Assembly (NCBI GenBank): GCA_041653535.1
Contig: JBAZFH010000002.1
Span: 173,011 to 237,010 of the forward strand
Direction of reading: 5' to 3'
DNA from: Patescibacteria group bacterium
Lineage (GTDB): Bacteria; Patescibacteriota; Patescibacteriia; JACRDY01
DNA: 64,000 nucleotides
Under the pieces are notes generated by a model. The model did no database searches. It was not told where the DNA came from and saw nothing but the letters and a program-made list of their open reading frames with translations. The stretch's first letter is position 1; each line of letters begins with the position of its first letter. Shown here one piece after another: positions 23,446 to 32,768 of this stretch. The position numbers and the translations under genes are program-made.

Positions 23446-24423
23446 ATGATTAAATACAGCTTTATCATACCGGTAAAGGAAATTAACGATTATATCCAGG
23501 AAACCGTTGCTGCTATTTTGAAAATTTCTCGCGACGATTACGAAATAATTATTTATCCGGATGTCGCTACTTCTGACGTCTGGTTAAAGACAAGGCAGAT
23601 TGCCACCGGACATGTCGGTCCGGCGCAAAAAAGAAGCTTGGCGATAAATGACGCCGCTAGCGAGATATTGGTTTTTGTTGATGACGATGCTTACCCGCAG
23701 GCGGATTTTTTGGACAAACTCGATGACGATTTTTCGTCGGCAGAGGTCGTGGCTGTCGGCGGTCCGGCTATTACTCCGGCAAGCGACGGTTTTTGGCAAA
23801 AAGTTTCCGGCGCTGTTTTTTTGAGTAAACTGTCGGGCGGATTTCCCGAACGTTACGCTGCAGTTGGTGTTAAACATTTTGTTGATGACTGGCCGAGTGT
23901 TAACCTGTCAGTGCGCAAAACAGATTTTTCCGCTGTCGGCGGTTTCGATAGCGTTTATTGGCCGGGCGAGGATACTAAACTTTGTATTGATCTGATTAAA
24001 AAAGCTAAAGGTAAAATACTCTATGATCCGGCTTTGATTTGCTTTCACCATCGTCGAGATGGATTTTTCAGACACTTAAAACAAATCGGCAATTATGGAC
24101 TTCATCGTGGGTTTTTTGTCAAAAAATTTCCCCAGACATCTTTGAAGTTAAAATATTTCTTTCCCGGTTTTTTTCTTTTGTTTGTACTGGTCGGAGCGCT
24201 TTTTAGTTTATACTCGCCATTTTTTTTAAAACTATATATACTAGGTTGGCTGGTTTATGTTTTGATTTTGGTTAAAGCCCTGCTGGAAATAAGTAAATAT
24301 GAGAAAAATTGGTCGATATTGCTTAATTCTTTATACTATATATTTTTTACCCATATTTTCTACGGCATTCGTTTTATTCAAGGTCTGATTTTTACGAGAG
24401 ACTTAAAAAGCAAATTAAGGTAA
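23446..24423 (+). CDS. GT2 glycosyltransferase with a C-terminal membrane domain.
   Basis: FIIPVKE N-terminal GT-A, DDD-type motif (VFVDDDAYP), GEDTKLC, and 3-4 C-terminal TM helices. Confidence 0.7.
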   Translation: MIKYSFIIPVKEINDYIQETVAAILKISRDDYEIIIYPDVATSDVWLKTRQIATGHVGPAQKRSLAINDAASEILVFVDDDAYPQADFLDKLDDDFSSAEVVAVGGPAITPASDGFWQKVSGAVFLSKLSGGFPERYAAVGVKHFVDDWPSVNLSVRKTDFSAVGGFDSVYWPGEDTKLCIDLIKKAKGKILYDPALICFHHRRDGFFRHLKQIGNYGLHRGFFVKKFPQTSLKLKYFFPGFFLLFVLVGALFSLYSPFFLKLYILGWLVYVLILVKALLEISKYEKNWSILLNSLYYIFFTHIFYGIRFIQGLIFTRDLKSKLR

Positions 24424-24427
24424 CAGC

Positions 24428-25885
24428 ATGAGAATTTCTATTTCTTATCCGCCTCTGGAATCGCCAAAAGGTACGCCGCTACTCAGCCAAAATCGGCAAT
24501 TTCAGTGGTTTAACAGTCCAACTTATATTTATCCGATGATTCCGGCTTACGCCGCGACGCTTTTGCAATCCCAAGGTCATGAGGTTTTATGGGATGACGG
24601 TATTGCCGAAGGTTTGGAATATAAAAAATGGTTAGAAAAACTATTGCATTTTTATCCTGAGTTGGTTGCTATCGAAACAAAAACTCCAGTGGTTAAAAAA
24701 CACTGGGAGATTATTAAGCAAATAAAAGACGTTATACCGAGCGGCAAGATAGTTCTGATGGGAGATCATGTTAGCGCTTTGCCGCAAGAATCGTTTGAAC
24801 AGTGTCCAGTAGATTTTGTGATTGCCGGCGGTAATTATGATTTTATTTTAGCTAATATCGCCGGATATTTGGCAAAACGGGAAAAACTGGGCGGCGGTAT
24901 TTGGTACCGCGACGGTAAAGAAATAAAAAATACCGGAGAGTACGATCCGCATGTTCATAATTTAGACGAACTGCCGATGATCGACCGCGAATTAACGCGC
25001 TTCCGTCTTTATGCTTACCAAAACGGAAATTTCAAATACACTCCCGGTTCATATATGATGAGTGGGCGTGATTGTTGGTGGGGGCGCTGCACTTTTTGTT
25101 CTTGGACAACGATTTTTCCCGGTAAAAATTTTCGCGTTCGCAGCGCGGAAAAAGCTCTAGACGAAGTCGGTAATTTGATAAAATTGGGAATCAAAGAAAT
25201 TATGGAAGATTCCGGTAGTTTGCCCGTCGGTAAATGGCTGGAGGATTTTTGTCAGGGCATGATTAAACGTGGTTACAGCAAAAAGGTGGTGATGAGTTGT
25301 AATATGCGTATCAATGGTATTAAAGATCCGGCTCTTTGGTGGTTGATGAAAGAGGCGGGTTTTCGTTTTATTTTATTTGGACTGGAGTCGGCTAACCAAG
25401 TAACTTTAGACCGAATAGAAAAAGGATTACGGGTCGAGGAAATAGAGCCGGGGTTAAAAATGTGCAAAGAAGCCGGACTTGAGCCGCACATTACGGCGAT
25501 GATCGGCTATCCTTGGGAGACTAAAACGGATGCCAAGAAAACGGTTGATCTGGCAAAAAGTTTATTTAAAAAGGGTTATGTTGATACGCTACAGGCGACG
25601 ATTGTTATACCTTATCCGGGAACTCCGTTGTATAAATATTGCAAGGAAAACAATTTACTGAATTTTGACGATTACGATCGTTTTGATCAGCGCGAGCAAG
25701 TAATGAAATCCGAGCTGACTACGACTGATGTTAAAGAATTGACTCAGGGGTTGTACAAATCATTTGTCACGCCAAAATTTTTGTTTAAAAAAATCATCAG
25801 TATTCGTAGTTTTGCCGATGTTAAATTTCTGGTTCGAGCGGCGATAAGGGTAGTTGGTCACTTGACCGACTTTAGTAAAAAATAA
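24428..25885 (+). CDS. B12-binding-domain radical SAM enzyme (class B-like) with an atypical Cys spacing.
   Basis: An N-terminal Rossmann-like B12-type domain, then the SGRDCWWGRCTFCSW cluster (C-x4-C-x2-C) and GYPWET / IPYPGTPLY blocks typical of class B radical SAM proteins. Confidence 0.65.
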   Translation: MRISISYPPLESPKGTPLLSQNRQFQWFNSPTYIYPMIPAYAATLLQSQGHEVLWDDGIAEGLEYKKWLEKLLHFYPELVAIETKTPVVKKHWEIIKQIKDVIPSGKIVLMGDHVSALPQESFEQCPVDFVIAGGNYDFILANIAGYLAKREKLGGGIWYRDGKEIKNTGEYDPHVHNLDELPMIDRELTRFRLYAYQNGNFKYTPGSYMMSGRDCWWGRCTFCSWTTIFPGKNFRVRSAEKALDEVGNLIKLGIKEIMEDSGSLPVGKWLEDFCQGMIKRGYSKKVVMSCNMRINGIKDPALWWLMKEAGFRFILFGLESANQVTLDRIEKGLRVEEIEPGLKMCKEAGLEPHITAMIGYPWETKTDAKKTVDLAKSLFKKGYVDTLQATIVIPYPGTPLYKYCKENNLLNFDDYDRFDQREQVMKSELTTTDVKELTQGLYKSFVTPKFLFKKIISIRSFADVKFLVRAAIRVVGHLTDFSKK

Positions 25886-25895
25886 AATAAAAAAA

Positions 25896-27191
25896 ATGAA
25901 AAAATATATTTTGGCCTTAGCAAGCAACAGGATAGTGCGTAACAGTTCTATTCTTTTTATTGGTTCAATGATTTGTGCGGTCGGCAACTACCTTTTTCAT
26001 TTAATAACCGCTCGAATGTTGACTGTTAACGCTTATGGCGAGATGGAGTCATTGATTGCTCTGTTCTATATTATCTCCGTACCGGCTGGAACGATTATGA
26101 CCGTGATTATCAAATATTCTGCTCAATTCAGCGCCGAAGGAAGACTTGATAAAGTACATAAATTATTTACCGCTTTCAGTCATAAGCTGCTCTTGGCCGG
26201 ATTTATTTGTTTTATTGTTATTTTTTTTCTTAGTCCGTGGATTGCCAAATTTTTACAACTATCTTCAGTTTTACCCGTGATAATTTTAGGAACAATAATG
26301 ATTACGGCGCTGCTGTTGTCTTGTGGTCGTGGAGTTCTCAACGGTTTGCAAAAATTTTTTTCAACGGCGATAAATATGGTTATTGAAGTTTTAACCAAAA
26401 TTATTTTAGCCTTTGCTTTTATTTATTTCGCTTTCGGCGTTAATGGCGCAATCGGAGCAATCAGTATCGCTGCTCTAACCGCTTATCTCTTCGTTTTCAA
26501 ACCATTACGTTTTTTGCTTAAGGAAAAAATCGACGAAACAAAAATTGATTATAAAGAAATTTTTCTTTTTTCTTTGCCGACACTTTTTATTACTCTGTTT
26601 CTCAATCTTTTTTATAATGTTGACGTTTTGTTGGTCAAACATTTTTTTGATCCGAGTATGGCCGGGCAATACAGTGCATTGACGGTGCTTGGTCGGATAG
26701 TATTTTTTGTAACCATGACCATCTCGACGGTGGTTTTTCCACTGACAGCCGAAGCCCATACTAAAAACGAAAATCATAGGAAGATTTTGAATCAAGGTTT
26801 TATTTTAGTAAGTTTAATAGCTGGAACGGCTTTGTTTTTATTTTTTTCCGTCCCGGGACTGGTTATCAAAATTTTAATCGGTAGTAAATTTTTGGCAGTC
26901 GCCCCGTATCTTGGCTGGTTTGGACTGGCGATGTTTTTTTATTCTTTGGTTTATCTTTTAACTCAATATTTTTTGTCTATTGGTAAAACCAAATGTCTAT
27001 ACATTGTAACCGTCGGTGTCGCAGTGCAGGTAACGTTGATAATGTTGTTTCATAATAGTATCGTGCAGATAGTGCAGATAATGAACGTAGTAATGATTGG
27101 GACGACACTGGCTTTGCTTATTTATTATAAAAAAATCGGTAAGATATTAATGGTAGATAGGCAGCAGATACAAGAAGTAATAACGCAATAA
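25896..27191 (+). CDS. Polysaccharide/oligosaccharide flippase (Wzx/MOP superfamily).
   Basis: 431 aa with about 12 predicted TM helices. Polysacc_synt-like profile. Embedded among glycosyltransferases. Confidence 0.7.
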   Translation: MKKYILALASNRIVRNSSILFIGSMICAVGNYLFHLITARMLTVNAYGEMESLIALFYIISVPAGTIMTVIIKYSAQFSAEGRLDKVHKLFTAFSHKLLLAGFICFIVIFFLSPWIAKFLQLSSVLPVIILGTIMITALLLSCGRGVLNGLQKFFSTAINMVIEVLTKIILAFAFIYFAFGVNGAIGAISIAALTAYLFVFKPLRFLLKEKIDETKIDYKEIFLFSLPTLFITLFLNLFYNVDVLLVKHFFDPSMAGQYSALTVLGRIVFFVTMTISTVVFPLTAEAHTKNENHRKILNQGFILVSLIAGTALFLFFSVPGLVIKILIGSKFLAVAPYLGWFGLAMFFYSLVYLLTQYFLSIGKTKCLYIVTVGVAVQVTLIMLFHNSIVQIVQIMNVVMIGTTLALLIYYKKIGKILMVDRQQIQEVITQ

Positions 27192-27200
27192 GTAATTATT

Positions 27201-28205
27201 ATGGAGCGGTTATTTGTTTCAATTGTTATGCCGACGTTTAATTCGGCTAGAACGCTGGAGGCGGCTTTAGCGGCGATAAAAAATCAAAATTATCCGGCGG
27301 ACAAAGTTGAGATAATTATTGCTGATGCCGGATCGACCGATAAAACCAGACAGATCGCCAATAAATATACTAACTTGATTTTTGATAATCCTCTGACTAC
27401 CGGCGAAGCGGGCAAAGCCGTGGCGGTAAAAAAAGCCAAGGGCGATATTGTCGCACTAATAGATTCGGACAATATTTTACCGACTAACGATTGGTTGGAA
27501 AAAATGGTCGCGCCATTTGACGACCCGGAGATTATCGGCAGTGAACCGTTAGAATATACGTATCGTCCGACGGATCACTATATTACGCGCTACTGCGCCC
27601 TGATTGGTATGAACGACCCTCTGTGTTATTTTTTGGGCAATTATGATCGTTATAGCTTTTTAAGTAAAAAATGGAACGGACTACAAATTAAAGTCGAAGA
27701 GCAAGACGATTATCTGAAAGTCTTTTTGGAACCAGGGAAAATGCCGACGATTGGCGCCAATGGTACGATGATTAGAAAGCAGTATTTGCAAAACGTTGGT
27801 GACTATTTGATGGATATAGATATTATTTACGATTTAGTTGCTTCTGGCAAAAATAAATTTGCCAAAGTAAAAGTAGGTATCATTCATCTTTTCGGCGGCA
27901 GTCTAAAAACTTTTTACCGTAAACAAAAAAGGAGGGTGAAAGATTATTTGTATTTTAAAGACAAGGGTAACCGTAGTTATCCCTGGAAAAGTCAGTCTCG
28001 CGTTGGTTTGGTCAAATTTGTTGTTTATTGTCTTTTGATTTTTCCTTTAATTTTTCAGAGCATAATCGGATTTTGCCGCCGGCGTGATTGGGTTTGGTTT
28101 CTGCATCCGGTGTTTTGTTGGATTACTTTTTGGGTTTACGGTTGGGGGACAATCTTTAGTTTGTGGCATAAAGAGCAGATGAGTCGAGAAAAGTACGGAC
28201 AGTAG
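27201..28205 (+). CDS. GT2 glycosyltransferase with a C-terminal membrane anchor.
   Basis: VSIVMPTFNSARTLEAAL...IIADAGSTD...IDSDN (DxD) and a C-terminal hydrophobic region. Confidence 0.75.
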   Translation: MERLFVSIVMPTFNSARTLEAALAAIKNQNYPADKVEIIIADAGSTDKTRQIANKYTNLIFDNPLTTGEAGKAVAVKKAKGDIVALIDSDNILPTNDWLEKMVAPFDDPEIIGSEPLEYTYRPTDHYITRYCALIGMNDPLCYFLGNYDRYSFLSKKWNGLQIKVEEQDDYLKVFLEPGKMPTIGANGTMIRKQYLQNVGDYLMDIDIIYDLVASGKNKFAKVKVGIIHLFGGSLKTFYRKQKRRVKDYLYFKDKGNRSYPWKSQSRVGLVKFVVYCLLIFPLIFQSIIGFCRRRDWVWFLHPVFCWITFWVYGWGTIFSLWHKEQMSREKYGQ

Positions 28206-28274
28206 TTGATATCTTGATTTTGACGGTAAATAAGCATATTCTTAATATACGATAAATAAAGAGCTTCTTTTTTT

Positions 28275-29312
28275 ATGCAAAATTATTTGATTATCGGCGG
28301 TGCTGGTTTTATTGGCTCTAACATTGCTAGCTATCTGTGTTCTGTCGGTAAAAGCGTTACAATTCTAGACAATTTTTCTCGCCGAGGAACAGATCTCAAT
28401 CTCAAATGGCTGCAAACAAGTTATCCGGACATTAAGGTGGTAAAAGCTGATGTTCGTCATGATTTAGACAAACTTAACGAAGCCGTAGCGCAAAACGAGG
28501 TTGTCTATCATTTAGCGGCGCAGGTAGCAGTTACCACTTCGGTCAAAAATCCCAGAGAAGATTTTGAGATTAATGCGCTCGGCACGTTTAACGTTTTGGA
28601 GGCCGCCAGGCTTTCCGCTCGAAAACCGATTGTGATTTTTTCTTCCACCAATAAAGTTTATGGCGGCATGGAAGATGTTAAAATAGTTCATGACGAAAAA
28701 CGTTACAGTTACGCCGATTATCCACTTGGTATTCCCGAAGATCGCTTGCTTGATTTTCATTCTCCTTACGGTTGTTCCAAGGGTACCGGCGACCAATATG
28801 TCCGCGACTATGCCAGAATCTACGATATTCCCACTGTAGTTTTCCGCCAATCTTGTATTTATGGCACGCATCAGTTCGGTTTGGAAGACCAAGGCTGGGT
28901 AGCTTGGTTTACTATTGCCTCGCTGCTTAGTAAACCGTTGAAAATTTACGGCGACGGCAAGCAGGTTCGCGATGTGCTTTTTGTTGATGATTTAGTCAGA
29001 GCTTTTGTTAGTGCTACGGACAATATAGAAAAAACCAAAGGAAAAATTTTCAATATCGGCGGCGGGGCTAGCTATACCATGTCGCTGCTTGAGCTAGTTA
29101 GTTATCTGGAAGAATTTCTTGGTCAAAAAATCACTTATTCTTTTGCCGATTGGCGACCGGGAGATCAGCCGGTCTATATTAGCGACGTGCGCAAAGCCAA
29201 AGAAGTATTTGGCTGGCAACCGCAGATTGATGTGAAGCAAGGCGTGTCTAAGCTCGTCTTTTGGGTAAAAGAAAATCGGGCGATGATCGAAGATGTTTTC
29301 AAAGACATGTAA
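28275..29312 (+). CDS. NAD-dependent epimerase/dehydratase (extended SDR).
   Basis: LIIGGAGFIGSN Rossmann motif, STNKVYG and YGCSK (YxxxK) catalytic motif. Confidence 0.8.
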   Translation: MQNYLIIGGAGFIGSNIASYLCSVGKSVTILDNFSRRGTDLNLKWLQTSYPDIKVVKADVRHDLDKLNEAVAQNEVVYHLAAQVAVTTSVKNPREDFEINALGTFNVLEAARLSARKPIVIFSSTNKVYGGMEDVKIVHDEKRYSYADYPLGIPEDRLLDFHSPYGCSKGTGDQYVRDYARIYDIPTVVFRQSCIYGTHQFGLEDQGWVAWFTIASLLSKPLKIYGDGKQVRDVLFVDDLVRAFVSATDNIEKTKGKIFNIGGGASYTMSLLELVSYLEEFLGQKITYSFADWRPGDQPVYISDVRKAKEVFGWQPQIDVKQGVSKLVFWVKENRAMIEDVFKDM

Positions 29313-29327
29313 AATAATTATAAAATT

Positions 29328-30431
29328 ATGAAAATTTTAGTTACCGGCGGCGCCGGATTTATTGGTTCTCATCTAGTCGACCGTCTTATCGAGCAGGGTC
29401 ACGAGGTCAGAATTTTTGATAATCTGACTGAACAAGTGCATCAAGGTAAAATTCCTGAATACCTGAACCCCAAAGCCGAGTTTATCAAAGGTGATGTTTT
29501 AGACCGCGCGGCGCTTGCCGCAGCGCTTGCAGGAATAGATGTGGTCTTTCACTTTGCTTCGGCAGTCGGAGTAGGACAGTCGCAATATCAGATTTATCAT
29601 TATGTGAATACCAATGTCGGCGGTACGGCTAACTTGCTAGATATTATTGTTAACGACAAACTGCCGATAAGAAAAGTGATTGTCGCTGCTTCTATGAGTA
29701 GCTACGGCGAAGGTCTTTATAATTGCGACAAATGCGGCGCGGTTAGACCAGAGCTACGTTCGCAAGTAGTAGATGGCGATTGGGAACCGCGTTGTCCGCT
29801 TTGTGGCGGAACAGTCAAACCGATACCGACCAATGAAAAAGCGGTGCAATATTGCAATTCTATTTACGCTTTGACTAAAAAAGCTCAAGAAGATATGGTA
29901 ACAAACATCGGTCGAACTTATAATATTCCGACTGTTGCCCTTCGTTTTTTTAATGTCTATGGTCCCAGACAGAGCCTGTCTAATCCTTACACCGGCGTAG
30001 CGGCAATTTTTATGAGTCGGATCAAAAACGGTAACTCGCCGGTGATCTATGAAGACGGGCTTCAGACACGCGATTTTGTTTCTGTTTACGATATTGCTGA
30101 TGCTAATATTGCCGCGATGAATAGTGCTAGCTCCGACTACGAAGTTTTCAATGTTGGTAGCGGCACGGCTTTACCAATTAAAGAAGTGGCGGAAATTTTG
30201 GCCAAACTCTATGGTAATGATGTTAAACCAGAAATAACTAGCCAGTTTCGCAAAGGCGATGTGCGGCATTGTTTTGCCGACATGACAAAGGCTAAAGAAA
30301 AATTGGGCTGGCAGCCAAAAATTTCTTTCGAGCAAGGTATGGCTGATCTGATCGCTTGGAGTCGTGATGCCGAGGCGGTAGACAGTCTGGATAAAGCCAT
30401 TGCCGAGATGAAGGAAAAGGGTTTAGTTTAG
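29328..30431 (+). CDS. NAD-dependent epimerase/dehydratase (extended SDR) with an internal 4-Cys zinc-ribbon insertion.
   Basis: ILVTGGAGFIGSH, YALTK (YxxxK), and an inserted YNCDKCGAVRPELRSQVVDGDWEPRCPLCGG at about aa 133-165. Confidence 0.8.
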   Translation: MKILVTGGAGFIGSHLVDRLIEQGHEVRIFDNLTEQVHQGKIPEYLNPKAEFIKGDVLDRAALAAALAGIDVVFHFASAVGVGQSQYQIYHYVNTNVGGTANLLDIIVNDKLPIRKVIVAASMSSYGEGLYNCDKCGAVRPELRSQVVDGDWEPRCPLCGGTVKPIPTNEKAVQYCNSIYALTKKAQEDMVTNIGRTYNIPTVALRFFNVYGPRQSLSNPYTGVAAIFMSRIKNGNSPVIYEDGLQTRDFVSVYDIADANIAAMNSASSDYEVFNVGSGTALPIKEVAEILAKLYGNDVKPEITSQFRKGDVRHCFADMTKAKEKLGWQPKISFEQGMADLIAWSRDAEAVDSLDKAIAEMKEKGLV

Positions 30432-30441
30432 AAGAAAAAAA

Positions 30442-32766
30442 ATGAAAATATTATTTCTCAATCATAACCAGGAAAAGGTTGGTACTTATTACCGTTGTTT
30501 TTTCTTGGGAAAATATTTGTCGCAAATCGGTTACCAAATCACCATGATTTGCGCCAGCGGAAAAAGTTTTGATCTGCGGATTCGTCGGCAGAAAATTAAC
30601 GACAACTTTACTATTATTACTCTACCGCGGATCAAGTACAGCCGCTATCTTACTGGTCAGCTTTTACTTCGTTTGCCGCTGACTATTTTTTACATTTTTT
30701 CTTTATCTTACGACATTTGTCACGCCTTTACCGTCGCTCAACCGCAAATCGGTATTCCGGCTTGGGTAGCCAAAAAAATAAGAGGCAAAAAATTGATTGT
30801 CGATTGGGATGACCTGTGGGGCGGTGGTTTTGCCGACTATCATGCCTGGCCGATCAAACCGGTTTTGTCTTGGTTTGAGAATTCTGTCCCGCGACTCGGC
30901 GATCGGATAACTTATGTTTCCGAATATCTGGGTGAAAGGATAAATAAACTCGGGTTGATGGATCGCGCGGCCAAAATACCTAATGGTTCTGACCCAGAAA
31001 AAATACTGTCGCTAGATAAAGCTGTCGTTCGTCAAAAGTTGGGACTAGCTTTGGACAAAAAATATTTAGTAGCTATGGGTAATACTTATTTGGAGAGTTT
31101 TGCCCTAATGCTGACGGCTTTTGCCGAAGTGGTTAAGAAAAACAGTAATGCCTTTTTGATTCTACTTGGCAATGCCGAAATCTCTCCAGCGCTGCAAGAC
31201 CTTTTTGCCAAAATAAAAGACAATGTTATTATTGGCGGTTTTGTGCCGATTGAAAAAGCTGCGGCGTACCTCAGCGCCGCTGACGTTTTAGTGCTGCCCA
31301 TGGACAGCAATCCTATTGAGTTTGCTCGTTTTCCGATTCGTCTGGGCGACTATCTTTGCGCCGGTAGGCCGGTTGTTTCCAATGCTGTCGGCGAAGTAAA
31401 ATATTATTTGGAAAAATATAATTGTGGTTTGATCTCGGCGCCGCAAGATACCGACGCAATGGCTAATAATGTTTTGACTTTACTATCCGATCAGGAACAG
31501 TCGCAGAAGCTGGGTCTTGCCGCTCGGCAAGTGGCAGAAAATATTTTGCCGTGGAAAAAAGCCGCGTTTGAGTTATCTACGGTTTATAATGATTTAGCGA
31601 GCGAAGAGGTCAGAAACAAAAAAATATCAGGGATTATTATTTTGTCGCCGTTTTACGAACCAAACACCGGAGGAGTGGAAACTCATTTACGCGATTTATC
31701 TAAATATTTAGTTAAACAAGACTATCGCGTGGCGGTATTAACTTATCAGCCGCTTACCACCAAAGCCAAGGCCCCGATCTGGGAGCAACCAGGAGAAGGT
31801 TTCATTATCCACCGTATTCCTTGGGTTGGTCATAATCTTTTTCATAAATTAGAAGAGCATCCGTTTTTTCAATTTTTATATCTGACACCGATCCTTTTTG
31901 TTTATACGTTTTTCTTTTTATTATTTAATCGTCGCAAATACGAAGTAATTCACGCTCACGGGCTTACTTCGGCGCTGATCAGTAACTTCATGCAGAAAAT
32001 TTTTCATATCCGTTTTGTGGTTAGCATGCACGCAATCTACGGTTTTCGTCCCGACTGGTGGCTAGCCAAAGTTTGCCGGTTTATTTTAGCTCCAGCCAAA
32101 AAAATATTTTGTCTTGCTGAAGCATCGCGTGACGATATTCGACAGTTGGACCTGGAAGAAAAAAGATTGGATCTTTATATCCAGTGGGTGGATCAGGACA
32201 ATTTTAAGCCGCGAGATAAAAAAGAATGTCGAGCGACGTTAAAATTGACCGATAAATTTACTGTGCTTTTTGTTGGACGCCTAATCGAGAAAAAGGGCGC
32301 CGGTGTTTTGCTTGAGGTAGCAAAAAAACTGCCAAACATTAATTTTATTTTTATCGGCGATGGGCCAATGTATGATGATTTGAAAAAAGCGGAGGGAATA
32401 TCCGGTAATGTAATTGCTGCCGGCAAAAAAGAACAAGAAGAAGTGGCCGAATATTTTGGCGCTTGCAATGTAGTAGTGGTGCCGTCGCAGTATCCCGAAG
32501 GTTTTGCTCGAGTGGTTTTGGAAACATTGTCTAGCGGTCGGCCGATTATTGCGGCTAACGCCGGTTGTCTGCCGGAAATGATTACTGAAAAAGTAGGGGT
32601 GCTGCTAGAACCAACAGCGGAAAACATTACCAATCAGCTAGAGGATTTTTACAATAACCCAGACAAACTTTTGGCGCTGGAAGCAAATTGCCGAGAATAC
32701 GCGCTTGAACATTTCGGTGAGGCGCACGCCAAACCAATCGAAGAGTCTTACTACATAACCGAATAA
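30442..32766 (+). CDS. Fused tandem GT4 glycosyltransferase (two GT-B modules).
   Basis: 774 aa. The first module ends ...FARFPIRLGDYLCAGRPVVSNAVGE. The second starts KKISGIIILSPFY...GGVETH and ends ...EGFARVVLETLSSGRPIIAANAGCLPEM, the E-x7-E-type GT4 motif. Confidence 0.75.
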   Translation: MKILFLNHNQEKVGTYYRCFFLGKYLSQIGYQITMICASGKSFDLRIRRQKINDNFTIITLPRIKYSRYLTGQLLLRLPLTIFYIFSLSYDICHAFTVAQPQIGIPAWVAKKIRGKKLIVDWDDLWGGGFADYHAWPIKPVLSWFENSVPRLGDRITYVSEYLGERINKLGLMDRAAKIPNGSDPEKILSLDKAVVRQKLGLALDKKYLVAMGNTYLESFALMLTAFAEVVKKNSNAFLILLGNAEISPALQDLFAKIKDNVIIGGFVPIEKAAAYLSAADVLVLPMDSNPIEFARFPIRLGDYLCAGRPVVSNAVGEVKYYLEKYNCGLISAPQDTDAMANNVLTLLSDQEQSQKLGLAARQVAENILPWKKAAFELSTVYNDLASEEVRNKKISGIIILSPFYEPNTGGVETHLRDLSKYLVKQDYRVAVLTYQPLTTKAKAPIWEQPGEGFIIHRIPWVGHNLFHKLEEHPFFQFLYLTPILFVYTFFFLLFNRRKYEVIHAHGLTSALISNFMQKIFHIRFVVSMHAIYGFRPDWWLAKVCRFILAPAKKIFCLAEASRDDIRQLDLEEKRLDLYIQWVDQDNFKPRDKKECRATLKLTDKFTVLFVGRLIEKKGAGVLLEVAKKLPNINFIFIGDGPMYDDLKKAEGISGNVIAAGKKEQEEVAEYFGACNVVVVPSQYPEGFARVVLETLSSGRPIIAANAGCLPEMITEKVGVLLEPTAENITNQLEDFYNNPDKLLALEANCREYALEHFGEAHAKPIEESYYITE

Positions 32767-32768
32767 TT

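Noticed and set aside
28512-28892. Minus-strand ORFs of 60-150 aa scattered through the glycan array, for example 28512-28892, 32193-32633, 45640-45969, 49504-49887 and 52039-52428.
   Set aside because: Every one is embedded antisense in a plus-strand gene with recognisable enzyme motifs. No conserved domains, no RBS.
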